Shown: positions 37,663 to 49,583, counted from the stretch's first letter. The stretch: DNA of 64,000 bases from Octopus vulgaris (GCA_951406725.2 OX597817.1:1364001-1428000); one strand, 5' to 3'. Numbers and translations: made by a program. The notes: generated from the letters alone by a model not told the origin.

Positions 37663-38955
37663 ATGTCTGGAAAGCAACAAACAAAATTAACAGAATCCGA
37701 AAGAATTCTAATGGAAATTTCATCGAAATTATCAACACTCATCACGATGATTGACACACAATCCTCTATTTTAAAGGAAATAGAAAAACAGTCTACAGAC
37801 GGAAAACTTGGAAATGAACACATAAACTCTGAAATTAAGAATTTAGCTGAAATGATACCAACAATTATAAAATCTACAAGAGAAAGCCTACCACAACCTC
37901 CTTGGATGTCAGAAATAAACGAAAGAAATCTGGAAAAAGAGGCACACCGAAAAAGAGAAGAGATACAGAAGACATGGAAAAAACTCCTTAACATAAGAAA
38001 ACAAAACTTCTGGAAGGCATATAAATGCGAAAAATATGCTGAAATACATTCGAAATGGATATCTTTAGCGGCACCCATACTTCCTCGGAAGTACCTAATT
38101 AAAGAAATTGCAGGAGAACCAGAGGAAGAAACTAAACTTCGATGGGACCTTAGTTTGATAAAATTCAGGACCGACATCTCCATTACCCTGTCTAAACAAT
38201 CCCGCTACAAAGCCAAATACGAAGCTATCGATGATCAAATCAGAGATGAAATATCCAAACTAACGACCGGCAATATAGCAGAAAAAATGCGAGAACTATG
38301 GATCAGAGATATCTCAAAAGAAGAAAGCAGATCAAGAAAGTTTTGGCAGCGGAAACAATTATTTCTCGACAAATATGCTACAAATTACGGTAAAGACACC
38401 AGAACTCCGAGAAATAGCATTAAAAGTGGACAACCTCACCAACGCAACATACACCAGAACACGTGGCAACATGAACACCCGTTTCACCACGAATCAAAGA
38501 CGAACTACGGTAAGAACTCTTCCCATTTTGTATGCAAACACCCTAATGCACACAACATGAACAAAAAGCACAAACAAAATAGATATTGTTTTGAACAGAC
38601 CATTAGCAGTAGAAATAACAGGAGATCATTTTCAAGACCTCAACAGAGATTACCCACAAGAAACTGGACAAAAAACCGATCTAGATCTAGAAGTAAACCC
38701 AGATCATTTCTCCAGGTGGTTAAAAACAATGCTAACAAGAAATTGAAAAGTAGCATACATAATACCAAAAACAAGACAGAAAACATAACGAAACCAAGTA
38801 AAGTACCACAACCAAAACGCAAAATTCATCAAGCAAACATCAACAGGAATATAAATCATAACCAGAAAAAAATCCATTTTTTTACGTCAGGACAACAAAC
38901 ACCGGAGAAAGAAAAAATCCAAGAGGAAACATACCCCAAACAACTGAACGTATAG
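37663..38955 (+). CDS. PLE ORF1 / N-terminal region (helical charged N-half, basic low-complexity C-half)
   Basis: First ATG at 37663 (GCCAACATG); open for ~430 codons inside the element. Confidence 0.75.
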   Translation: MSGKQQTKLTESERILMEISSKLSTLITMIDTQSSILKEIEKQSTDGKLGNEHINSEIKNLAEMIPTIIKSTRESLPQPPWMSEINERNLEKEAHRKREEIQKTWKKLLNIRKQNFWKAYKCEKYAEIHSKWISLAAPILPRKYLIKEIAGEPEEETKLRWDLSLIKFRTDISITLSKQSRYKAKYEAIDDQIRDEISKLTTGNIAEKMRELWIRDISKEESRSRKFWQRKQLFLDKYATNYGKDTRTPRNSIKSGQPHQRNIHQNTWQHEHPFHHESKTNYGKNSSHFVCKHPNAHNMNKKHKQNRYCFEQTISSRNNRRSFSRPQQRLPTRNWTKNRSRSRSKPRSFLQVVKNNANKKLKSSIHNTKNKTENITKPSKVPQPKRKIHQANINRNINHNQKKIHFFTSGQQTPEKEKIQEETYPKQLNV

Positions 38956-40901
38956 ATCCTAAAATAATTAATTTATCAAAAAGAGATCTTGACAATGATG
39001 AAATCCAACTTCTGTCAAAAGGACTGAAATTCACACCTACACCAACAGCCAACCACCAAGAATTAAAGGAGGATATCCAAAAATTCTGTCGAAAATTACG
39101 ACTTGTAGAATTCTTCGCTAACAAAAGTAATGAGATTGATGAATCCCTAGTAAGGAATAAATCAAATTTCACCCCACCAAAAGGAAGAAATAACTACCTT
39201 GACCAATACATTGATATCCTGTCTAAATTTCCCCTTAGACGCAATACCAATGTTAGGCCAAACATTAGCAAATCAGAGATGTCTGCATGTAAACGTATAC
39301 AAAACGATCAAACAATAATAATTAAACAAGCAGATAAAGGTGGTGCAATTGTTATTATGGATACCGAATACTATAAGGATTTGGTTGAAGACCAACTGAA
39401 GGATACAACCTTCTATTGTGAAATACCCGCAAATATAGACCATCACATCATGAAAAAGATCAACAACCTGATTTCAACACACCACAACTCACTTACGGAT
39501 AATGAAAAAGACTACATCACCAATTTTGAACCAAAACCCAGCAACTTCTACGGCTTACCAAAAATACACAAATCAAAAAACATTCAACAGGCAGTAAAAG
39601 AACAAGAAAGTGAGTACATAAAATTATTACATCCAAAAGACCTAAAACTTAGACCTATTATAGCTGGTCCAGCATGCCCTACACACCGTCTAAGCAATTT
39701 TATTGACATTGTTTTGAAACCACTATGTACTTACATACCAAGTTTCATCAGGGATGACATCGACTTCCTGTCCCATCTTCCCAAAACAACAGAAACAAAT
39801 TCAGTTTTGCTAAGTTTTGATGTGGTAAGCCTCTACACCAATATTCCACACGATTTAGGAATAAAGGCGATTAAATACTGGTTAGAAAAACATAGAGAAG
39901 TGATTCCCAGCAGATTCACAGTGCCATTTATATTAGACACAGTCAAACTTATTCTAGAAAATAACACATTCTTCTTCAATGGAAAGAATTACATCCAAAT
40001 TAGAGGCACGGCGATGGGAACGAGGTTTGCTCCCGTTTACGCCAACTCTGTAATGGGATACTTAGAAGAACAACTCTACCAAGAGGTGGAGGTAAACTAT
40101 GGCACTGGATTTAGAAAGTATATTGAAAAGGCATGGAAGAGATACCTAGACGACTGTTTCATAATCTGGACAGAATCTCTAAATACTCTGGAAGAGTTCA
40201 ATATCCTCCTGAACAACCTACACCCATCTCTCAAATTTACAAAGGAGATGAGTAGTACCAAATTACCATTCCTGGATATAATGGTAATTAAAAAAGACAC
40301 CACCATCACCACAGATATATACTATAAACACACAGACACACATCAATACCTAAATTTTAAGTCGTGCCATCCACCACATACAAAACGTAACATCCCATAC
40401 TGCCTAGCCAGAAGAATTTGTACTATTGTAGAAGATGCAAATATCAGGAACAAACGCCTAATAGAACTAAGAGAATTTTTGCTCAAACAAAAATACCCAT
40501 CTCTACTTATAGAAAATGGCATACAGCGGGCTATAAAAATACCTATACAACAACTTAGGACAACCCAAGGAAGAGGAAAACAAGAACAAGTCATACCATT
40601 CATAGTGACACACAACCCATGTCACCAGAATATCTTCAACATTGCCAAAGCAAACCTACCAATCATTGCCCAAAGTAATGAATTAAAAGACATAATCAAG
40701 GATCGAGCTATGGTGCTTAGTAAAAGACAGCCTAAAAACTTGAAAACATTACTAACAAAGGCAAAATTTGACCTCAGCAACAAAGACCAAACATTCACGG
40801 TATCTAAATGCAATGATAGCCGATGTGGCACATGCCAATTCATACATACCGGTCAATATATAAACACAAAAACCGGAAAATATTCACAAACGCGAATATG
40901 A
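38862..40901 (+). CDS. PLE reverse transcriptase (frame open from 38862; first ATG only at 39279)
   Basis: IINLS..LLSKGLKF.P, ADKGG, FYGLPKIHK, LRPII, SFDVVSLYTNIP, QIRGTAMG, RYLDD, LPFLDI, YLNFKSCHP, CNDSRCGTC. Confidence 0.95.
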   Translation, partial: PEKNPFFYVRTTNTGERKNPRGNIPQTTERIDPKIINLSKRDLDNDEIQLLSKGLKFTPTPTANHQELKEDIQKFCRKLRLVEFFANKSNEIDESLVRNKSNFTPPKGRNNYLDQYIDILSKFPLRRNTNVRPNISKSEMSACKRIQNDQTIIIKQADKGGAIVIMDTEYYKDLVEDQLKDTTFYCEIPANIDHHIMKKINNLISTHHNSLTDNEKDYITNFEPKPSNFYGLPKIHKSKNIQQAVKEQESEYIKLLHPKDLKLRPIIAGPACPTHRLSNFIDIVLKPLCTYIPSFIRDDIDFLSHLPKTTETNSVLLSFDVVSLYTNIPHDLGIKAIKYWLEKHREVIPSRFTVPFILDTVKLILENNTFFFNGKNYIQIRGTAMGTRFAPVYANSVMGYLEEQLYQEVEVNYGTGFRKYIEKAWKRYLDDCFIIWTESLNTLEEFNILLNNLHPSLKFTKEMSSTKLPFLDIMVIKKDTTITTDIYYKHTDTHQYLNFKSCHPPHTKRNIPYCLARRICTIVEDANIRNKRLIELREFLLKQKYPSLLIENGIQRAIKIPIQQLRTTQGRGKQEQVIPFIVTHNPCHQNIFNIAKANLPIIAQSNELKDIIKDRAMVLSKRQPKNLKTLLTKAKFDLSNKDQTFTVSKCNDSRCGTCQFIHTGQYINTKTGKYSQTRI

Positions 40902-41188
40902 ACTGCAAAAGCAGAAATTTAATTTACTGCATCAAATGCCCAAATTGTGAAGAAATATATGTAGGTCAGACGGGAAACGCACTATTAGAACGCTCACGTG
41001 TACACCGGCAACAGATTAGAGACCCAGAGGTCCGTCAGATACCTTTGAGTAACCACCTAGCAACATGTGGTCGGAAAATATATATAATATTTCCATTCTA
41101 CAAATTACACAGCCCAAGTGAAATCGAGAGGAAAATCAGAGAAAAGAATTTTATTGATAAATTCGAACCCAAGCTAAATAAGCAATAG
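40880..41188 (+). CDS. GIY-YIG endonuclease domain of the PLE (out of frame with RT by 1 nt)
   Basis: NLIYCIKCPNCEEIYVGQTG..RSRVH..LSNH..RKIREK.FI..LN. One extra A in GGAAAA at ~40877-40880 would restore the fusion. Confidence 0.9.
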   Translation: MFTNANMNCKSRNLIYCIKCPNCEEIYVGQTGNALLERSRVHRQQIRDPEVRQIPLSNHLATCGRKIYIIFPFYKLHSPSEIERKIREKNFIDKFEPKLNKQ

Positions 41189-41377
41189 TAATAATACTTA
41201 GAGGTATTACTTCCACTGCTACGACCATGACCACTAACAACAACAACAATACTAAAGGTGATCAAGACGAAGATAGCAGGAAAATTATCTTATTTAGGGT
41301 TAAAAGTTCTATTGCCACCACCATCACCACTAGCAACAATAATTAAGGTGCTGACAATGATGATGATGACAATTGAA

Positions 41378-41852
41378 ATATAAAAATATAAAAATCTCTG
41401 ACAAAGGATATTTACAACATTTCTAAAAATAACCCAACAATTGCTGCTTCGGCCAGGGTCAAGATACAGGACTCTTGACCTGTCCAACAAAGCGTGATGC
41501 CTAAACCAATCAGCTCAACCAACCAATCAGCTTAAGTAATTGAGTGATACTACACACTGATTGGTCAGAATACAGTTTGCAAAACCTAGCACTCTGGAGC
41601 CTACCCAGCTGTATTTATAGCACAGAATCACTCATCTTGCTACAGTCAAAAATTGTGAAGCATGACTGTCAACACTACTACATGAACCCGAAGATTGCAG
41701 AATTCAATGCATGAAAGTACTAGTTCAACCAGAATGAATATTTAACATTCTACTATTTCATTTTATTTTATTCAATTATAATATATTATCTTATAATATA
41801 TCATTATAAGATTGTAAATAAAACGTGAAAATCAGACAAGGTTGGAATTCTT

Positions 41853-41858
<6 letters not shown>
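41378..41858 (+). repeat. 3' pseudo-LTR with HHR copy at 41683-41727 and AATAAA
   Basis: Direct repeat of 37106-37586, followed by (TA)n. Confidence 0.95.
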
Positions 41859-41890
<32 letters not shown>

Positions 41891-43248
41891 ATCATACATA
41901 CATACATATTTGCACGTTGCTTAAAGTCAAACTATAGAGAAAGGAACGCTCATTACATTTTGTAGAGGATATGATTTTTTTAAAATTAAGAGCGAAAACT
42001 GTTTCTTGCGGTTCGAGTTTCACGCCTCGGCGATCCTCAGGTGAAACCCGTAATTTAGCGGTCCATCAAGAAGGAACTGGTAGAATATGCACCAGGCTTT
42101 AAAAATACAAGTAGTAGGGTAGTTTCGTTTAACTAAATATTTTCCAGGCGGTGCCCCAGCATGGCCGCACTCTACTGACAGAAACAAGTAACAGATAAAA
42201 GATAATGAAGATCACAGTGACGTGAAAATAGCAGCTGTTAACTTAGAAACGTATTCCCTGTTTGTCTGAAAATATATTTATGCGGGAGCGTATAGATATA
42301 TATGAATGTATACACACAAACACACACATACACATTCACTAACACACACACATACACATATTTAAACGATCTCAATTAATGGGACTCATTGTGTTCATCA
42401 GCAAAACGTAACTATTTATTCTTTCCCAATTGAGCCATGTCAGTATTGATTTCCAGCCTTTCAATAAGGCTACATATCTGGAGTGAGATTAGAACCGATT
42501 AATCGACACCAGTTCTTCACTGGTGTATTACTTTATCTTCAGCGAAAGATATGTAAAGCTTTTCTCGACGAGGTTACAAATCAGACTGTAAAGGGGCATA
42601 ATTAATACCGCAAGGGACTTCATCCGACGCTCTAACCATCCTGACATACAGGTATAAGTAATATATTCCTACTATTGTGGTTTTCAACAATTTTTCTACC
42701 TATGAACCCTTTTGATTTCAATTTTACTCGGTTGGACCCTCTTAGCTATTTGATGGCTTGAAATGGGTCCTTAAGCGTCATATGGACCGCGACTGAAAAC
42801 CATTGATCGACTATAAATGAATATAACACTAAGCTATATTTTTAAGTGCTTGTCCATGAAACTAAAATGATTACACTACTCTGTTGATAAAGTCAGTTAG
42901 TATACATTTTCTATGCGTTTATATAATCAATTTTATATATAAACATATTGCTGCAACGTTTGATATGAAGTGTATTTGAAACGTATATTTCATATTTCAA
43001 CATCACAACATGTTTGAGGTTTATGCATGCAGACACATATTCACACGTATTCACAAGAATTAACGCAAGCAAACAAAACCACATGCATATAAATAGGGCC
43101 GGCCTGGGGTTGTTCGTGCAAAGGTTACGCTGACTTTCGGCACACTTCTAAGTATAATTTTTGCTTAAATTTACACATGAATAAAACTTGCGAATGAGGA
43201 ATAAAAGGCTTATTATAATTCATTAAATATAGAAATAATGCAATTATT

Positions 43249-43280
<32 letters not shown>

Positions 43281-43437
43281 CATTATTATTATTATTATTT
43301 ATTTATTTATTATTTTCACATTTTTCCTCTTTGTATTTCTTGGAAGATCCAAACTAATGAGGTTGTTTGCATTTTTGACCGGATCTGTATATCTGTATAT
43401 AGCTCCCAATCTCTCTCTCTCCTCCCTCTCTCTCTCT

Positions 43438-43487
<50 letters not shown>

Positions 43488-44369
43488 GTGTGGGAGTATA
43501 TATGACATATGACCTTGGTTGGATATAAGAATGCGTATGTGTAAGAAAGTATTGGGTTGGGAATGAAAGGAATCATTAAAAAAGTTTTACAAAATAGGTT
43601 CTAATTAATTTTGCTATCATGTTGTCAATATCGTCTCATTATTCACAAAATCATTGCGTAAACAATATCAGAAATGAATAAAGGCAAGTGGCTATGGGCT
43701 GATCATTTTAGTTCTTCATAATTGCAACATAATAGCTTCCAGCTTTGATTAGAAGCAAATATTCATTATTACAGCTTCAATCTCAGTTCAGCCTTTTCAT
43801 AAATAGGATAATACATTTATAGATAAATTATCATTATGAATATTAATATTATTATCACAATTATAATTATGATAATTAGTAGTAGTAGTATCAATTTTGT
43901 GATTCGTATTGATGTTTAATCATTATTTATAACCCTCAACTTAACCAAAAAAAATAATTTGCCACCGCAACGCACGATGTAAAAACAAATGGAAACAAAA
44001 GCAACATGGCGGTTTTCTTTCAGACCGTAATTCATTATATGTCGCATTATTTTTTAAACAATGGGAGGACAATGCCACGCAAATAACATCTGATGTATAC
44101 ATTATATCTTTTTAATTCTTTTGTTCGATTTGATTGCCTAATTTTCAGTGACGTAATTTTCCTTCTAGAATCAACTTTCTGCTACACTCTGGACCTCGTC
44201 TCTTTATAATTATTAATATTATATTCTTCAGCGAACGACAATTCTTCTGCTGAAACAATAACGAAAACAAAAGGAAGATTACACACGCGAATGAAGACAC
44301 GCCAATGCATCCCACACATGTACTCGTTCATGTGTATGTGTGTTTATAAGTATATGTGTATGCGTGTTC

Positions 44370-44400
<31 letters not shown>

Positions 44401-44444
44401 GTGATATATATATATATATATATATACATACATACATACATACA

Positions 44445-44477
<33 letters not shown>

Positions 44478-44610
44478 GTATGTATAAGGTCACACACAGC
44501 CATGCGCATGCTTATGCACACATGTGTGTGATTACAGGGCTCTCACTAACAGACTCGCGTTCTCTCTGTATCTGTATACAAACGTATATAAATACATATA
44601 TCTATATCTA

Positions 44611-44678
<68 letters not shown>

Positions 44679-45242
44679 TAGATAGATAGATAGATACACA
44701 CATACATACACATACATACACACATTATATATATATAAATATATATATTCATAATCTGCGAACTGCGTACACAAGATGACAATTTTGTAACTGAAATGCT
44801 GGTTTAATACAAAGCAATAACACACCCAACTATTCTACCTAACAATTAGAAATATAATTTCTTACTACACTGTAACCATGATGAAACTGAATTCTTCTCT
44901 TGAATAATTATGAATAAACTACAAAAACACATATATATATATAAATATATATATATATATGTGTATGTGTGTGTGTGTGTGTGCGTGTGTGTGTGTGAGA
45001 GAGAGAGTGTGTGTGCGTGAGTGTGCATGTATATGTATACATATAGATGTATGTGTCTATCTCTCAACGCCTACACGTATATGTGTATCTATATAAGTGC
45101 GTATTCGTGACTGCGTATATGAAAAGTTGCATATGTTTATGCAAATATTCATACCTATTAGCGTTGCTGCCTCTGCTAAGCTCTGGCATTTTCGTTTCCT
45201 TTGCCTTTCTTCCATATTTCTAATAACATTTCTTTTCTTATA

Positions 45243-45450
45243 AGGCAGAAACGTTAGCACGCGCCAGGCGAAACGCTTAGCGTTATTTCGTCTGTCTTTA
45301 CGTTCTGATTTCAAATTCCGCCGAGGTCGACTTTACCTTTCGTCCTTTCGGGGGTCGATAAATAAAGTACCGGTTGCGTACTGGGGTCGATCTAATCAAC
45401 TGGCTCCCTCCCCCAACATTTCGGGCCTTGTGGCTAGAGTAGAAAAGAAT
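45243..45450 (+). mobile_element. Nin-domain-type SINE
   Basis: Match to the SINE consensus. Confidence 0.85.
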
Positions 45451-45565
45451 ATTTCTTTTCTAATGAAGGGTCAAATTTAAAAACAAAAAAAATGTTGTAA
45501 TGGCTTGTCTTCAGGTGCATCAACTAATTAAAGCTTTATGCAACATATCTGCAATGTCGTATTTG

Positions 45566-45609
<44 letters not shown>

Positions 45610-45694
45610 CACGCGTATTTATGCATTCTTACAAACATTTGAGTGCATAACTATGTGAGTGCGTGTTTATATAGACGTATAGTATATATACTAT

Positions 45695-46028
45695 ACACAA
45701 CATCATAAGCGGAAAGTGTAACCTCTCGAAAGAGCTGTTCTTCACTCCTGCTCCAGAGCGTCGGCTGCGGGGTCACTCCGAAAAGCTCTACCTGCGACGA
45801 TTTCATCTCAATCGAAGGAGAGGAGCTTTCTCCATCCGGGTTGCGGATCCGTGGAACAAGCTGCCAGACGAGATGGTGAAGATGCCGACGACCGCTTTGT
45901 TCAAAGCCTCCCTGGACCTCAAGTGGCCTGAACTCTTTACATGAACACCACCCTGTACTTAACTCCATGTCCCCCTACATGGCCTTGCTATTTGCTTTTG
46001 AGCCAATTTAACGAACTAACTAACTAAC
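45695..46028 (+). mobile_element. CR1-type LINE 3' end with (TAAC)n tail
   Basis: LRGHSEKLYLRRFHLNRRRGAFSIRVADPWNKLPDEMV...FKASLD, a short UTR, then tandem TAAC. Confidence 0.8.
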
Positions 46029-46042
46029 ATACTATATGCATA

Positions 46043-46096
<54 letters not shown>

Positions 46097-46260
46097 CATG
46101 ACGGGGTGTTGAAAAGTTCATGGCTTTAAAGGTATTGCAAAAGACCTAGTTGTGGGCTAAAAGTTACAGATTTCACTCAAGAATCACAATGGCGTGAAAT
46201 TCGATTGTATTGAGCACTCCTTTCTCTTTCGTTCGACTTTAAGCAACGTGGATATATATA

Positions 46261-46440
46261 TACGAGGGTGTGCTGAAAAGTTTTGGGCTTTAAGGGTGTT
46301 GCTAAAGGCTTGGTTGGAGTCCCAACATTGTGAGTTCTCGTACAGGGCTTAGAAAAACTGAAGGACTGCTGCAGTAAGTGTGTGAATCTGAGAGAGAAAT
46401 ATACTGAACGAAATCATAATTAACTGATCCTCTTGTAATT
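46261..46440 (+). mobile_element. Mariner-derived short relic
   Basis: TIR-like TACGAGGGTGTGCTGAAAAGT, then a GLEKL...KCVNL..Y.E-like transposase C-terminus; a similar TIR start lies at ~46100. Confidence 0.5.
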
Positions 46441-46739
46441 TCCTTTTTCTGGAATTGAGTAAAAGAAATTACAAGAGGATCAGTTAATTATGATATTATT
46501 ACGTATATTTCTCATATGAAAACAATCGAAACTCCTTCCCGAACCATAGCGTCCTAAGGTCAGTCTTCCAGATTCGGAGGCGCATATCTCTCCCCACCTT
46601 GCTTCTCTTGACGGGTCGTATGCTGACTCATTTTTGCAAGGTGAATGAAACGAAGTGCTTTGCTCAAGAATACGATGAATTGTCAGTCCTAGGAATCGAA
46701 ACCACATTTTACGGTCACTAAGTCACTCAGGCTCGCACG

Positions 46740-46802
<63 letters not shown>

Positions 46803-47191
46803 TCTCACACACACACACGCGCGCAGAGATGACACTGGAAAAAACATGTTATATAATGAAGTTCATTCGCTCACAGTTCTCTCTGTAAGTTGATGAAATG
46901 CATTACATAGCATAGTATTCTGGACCATACGTATATTGAGTCCGACACCAGGTTATTAATCTCACTAGGCCGAAACAAAATTGTTGGTAAAACATGCTCT
47001 TTGTTTTTCTCCTTATAATCTTGGAGATTTTGGATAAAGTTATACTAATGAGTCCTTCAAATTTAATCGAATTCTATATTTTTGTGCAGCTGAAGATTGT
47101 TCTACATTTTAAATTGATGTAATTTTTGCATTGTTCAATTAAATGGAGTCGCATGAGACAATCGTACTGCGTTACCTTGTTCCTTATTTTG

Positions 47192-47228
<37 letters not shown>

Positions 47229-47352
47229 ACAACAATTGAGGAATGGCCTTAATAGGCCATTCGACCCACTAGAAAGAGCAGCCATGACTCAAACCGCCAA
47301 GTAGTAGTAATTCAGAAATTAGAGAAAATTTAAAAACATTTACCCTAAATCA

Positions 47353-47451
47353 TCTTTAGACAATGCATTGTTTCGGTGTTTTTAATGGCAAACCAGCTTA
47401 ATTAAATTAAATTAAGTCAGTCCACCAAAGGCTACACCTCATCGGTAAAGA
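47353..47451 (-). ncRNA. Type I hammerhead ribozyme (CCGAUGA core)
   Basis: Reverse complement: TCTTTA-CCGATGA-GGTGT...ACACC-GAAA-CAATGCATTG-TC^TAAAGA. Confidence 0.8.
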
Positions 47452-48037
47452 AGCCAGGTGAGACGGATATAAACGAGGCATCTGTATCTATGCCCTAGGA
47501 ATATCTGCCCTAAAAATTTCAAAACCATCGTACTCGCGCCAACTTATCAGCAGTAAATATAAACTGCTGATTCAATTTCAGAATTAGTCAGAAAATCATC
47601 AATTAATCAATATAGGGTAGCAAAAAATTCAATAGAAATTTATCGCCACCAGCGGTCTAGTGAGAAAGAGAAAATAGTCAAAGACTATATATATAAATTC
47701 AACAACAATTGAGGAATGGCCTTAATAGGCCATTCGACCCACTAGAAAGAGCAGCCAGGACTATTAAGGCCATTCCTCAATTGTTGTTGAATTTATATAT
47801 ATAGTCTTTGACTATTTTCTCTTTCTCACTAGACCGCTGGTGGCGATAAATTTCTATTGAATTTTTTGCTACCCTATATTGATTAATTGATGATTTTCTG
47901 ACTAATTCTGAAATTGAATCAGCAGTTTATATTTACTGCTGATAAGTTGGCGCGAGTACGATGGTTTTGAAAATTTTAGGGCAGATATTCCTAGGGCATA
48001 GCTACAGATGCCTCGTCTATATCCGTCTCACCTGGCT

Positions 48038-48135
48038 TCTTTACCGATGAGGTGTAGCCTTTGGTGGACTGACTTAATTTAATTTAATTAAGCTGGTTTG
48101 CCATTAAAAAACCGAAACAATGCATTGTCTAAAGA
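48038..48135 (+). ncRNA. Type I hammerhead ribozyme (CCGAUGA core)
   Basis: TCTTTA-CCGATGA-GGT..long stem II..ACC-GAAA-CAATGCATTG-TC^TAAAGA. Confidence 0.8.
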
Positions 48136-48354
48136 TGATTTAGGGTAAACGTTTTTAAATTTTCTCTAATTTCTGAATTACTACTACTTGGCGGTTTGAG
48201 TCCTGGCTGCTCTTTCTAGTGGGTCGAATGGCCTATTAAGGCCATCCCTCAATTGTTGTTGAATTTATATATATAGTCTTTGACTATTTTCTCTTTCTCA
48301 CAAGACCGCTGGTGGCGATAAATTTCTATTGAATTTTTTGCTACCCTATATTGA

Positions 48355-48395
<41 letters not shown>

Positions 48396-48402
<7 letters not shown>

Positions 48403-49113
48403 ACAAAATAAGGGCAAAAGAAAAATTCTATTGCCAAATATGCCGAAAGCAAGACAAAATTGTCAATAACCACTATAATTTATGCGTCTCGAAACAAACC
48501 GATAGAAATTTCTAAAAAATCCGTTATTACCGTATTGGTCCCAATTTCGGGGTTAATTCATAAGAATTTTCCCCTCTTCAGCGATAAATACGTGAGATAT
48601 AAGTGGAATACTTACTCAAACCCATGGAAAAAGCAAGCACTAAGTCATGGGCAGACCTAAGTACCCCAAATATATCCAAAATAGAAAATCTTCGGCACAT
48701 CTCGAGATACGTGTGATTCGAACTAGAAACTTTCACAGAGTGAGAGAATCCGGAAGTGAACACTATTTAATTTATAACTAATGTAGGACAAAATATTTTT
48801 CGGGAAAAAAATTTTATCAATGGCCATGCTTGCTTTTTTAGCTGAAGAGGGGAACATTCTTATGAATTAACCCCGAAATTGGGACCAATACGGTAATAAC
48901 GGATTTTTTAGAAATTTCTATCGGTTTGTTTCGAGACGCATAAATTATAGTGGTTATTGACAATTTTGTCTTGCTTTCGGCATATTTGGCAATAGAATTT
49001 TTCTTTTGCCCTTATTTTGTAAATTATTCGTAAATTTGACCTTTAAAGGTATTTTTTGATATGCTGGCCATTGATAAAATTTTTTTCCCGAAAAAAATTT
49101 TATCCTACATCAG

Positions 49114-49118
<5 letters not shown>
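48396..49118. repeat. Module with crossing inverted repeats (48396-48582/48841-49027; 48773-48826/49065-49118)
   Basis: Direct reverse-complement matches; (TA)n on both sides. Confidence 0.9.
48527..48587 (-). ncRNA. Type I hammerhead ribozyme (canonical core); stem-I-truncated inverted copy at 48841-48896 (+)
   Basis: Reverse complement: TTATCG-CTGAAGA-GGGG...CCCC-GAAA-TTGGGACCAA-TA^CGGTAA. Confidence 0.8.
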
Positions 49119-49178
<60 letters not shown>

Positions 49179-49312
49179 GTGAAATAGAAAGATGAATAAT
49201 CTTGTTGCAGATTAATCAAAAGTTTGGCCATGGGCTCTTAGGAGCCTCCTCGTTCGATTTGTTTTGCTGCGCCTCTGTTCTGTTTTTGTCCTGCCAACGG
49301 AATTCCTATTTC

Positions 49313-49392
49313 TTCCTGAAGAGAAAGACACAATATGGTCTCCTTATTCAATCGGAATTTGGTAAATTGTGGCTTTCGAAACACGTGTAGAA
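49313..49392 (+). ncRNA. Type I hammerhead ribozyme (canonical core)
   Basis: TTC-CTGAAGA-GAAAG-a-CACAAT...ATTGTG-g-CTTTC-GAAA-CACGTG-TA^GAA; AATAAA just downstream. Confidence 0.8.
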
Positions 49393-49451
49393 TGCAATAA
49401 AAGGATTTCTGTTCAATCTTCGTTCAACTCCATTTCTTCAATTCACTAATA

Positions 49452-49583
<132 letters not shown>

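Larger units (their letters stand above)
37106..41858 (+). mobile_element. Penelope-like retroelement (Neptune-type), near intact, inserted in (TA)n
   Basis: Direct-repeat pLTRs flank PLE RT, a CxxxxCxxC linker and a C-terminal GIY-YIG endonuclease; (TA)n on both sides. Confidence 0.95.
47226..48359. repeat. 473-bp HHR-containing unit as a partial tandem (47226-47762) plus an inverted partial tandem (47761-48359), within (TA)n
   Basis: TCAACAACAATTGAGGAATGGCC recurs at 47226 and 47699; 47761 onward is the reverse complement with few mismatches. Confidence 0.95.

Noticed and set aside
40870-40901. Programmed frameshift between RT and endonuclease
   Set aside because: No canonical slippery heptamer in frame. 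PLE RT and EN are normally fused, so a 1-nt homopolymer deletion or assembly error is simpler.
37106-41858. LTR retrotransposon or Naiad/Chlamys-type PLE interpretation
   Set aside because: No TG..CA ends, PBS, protease or integrase. GIY-YIG is C-terminal rather than N-terminal, and there are no in-frame TGA codons suggesting selenocysteine.
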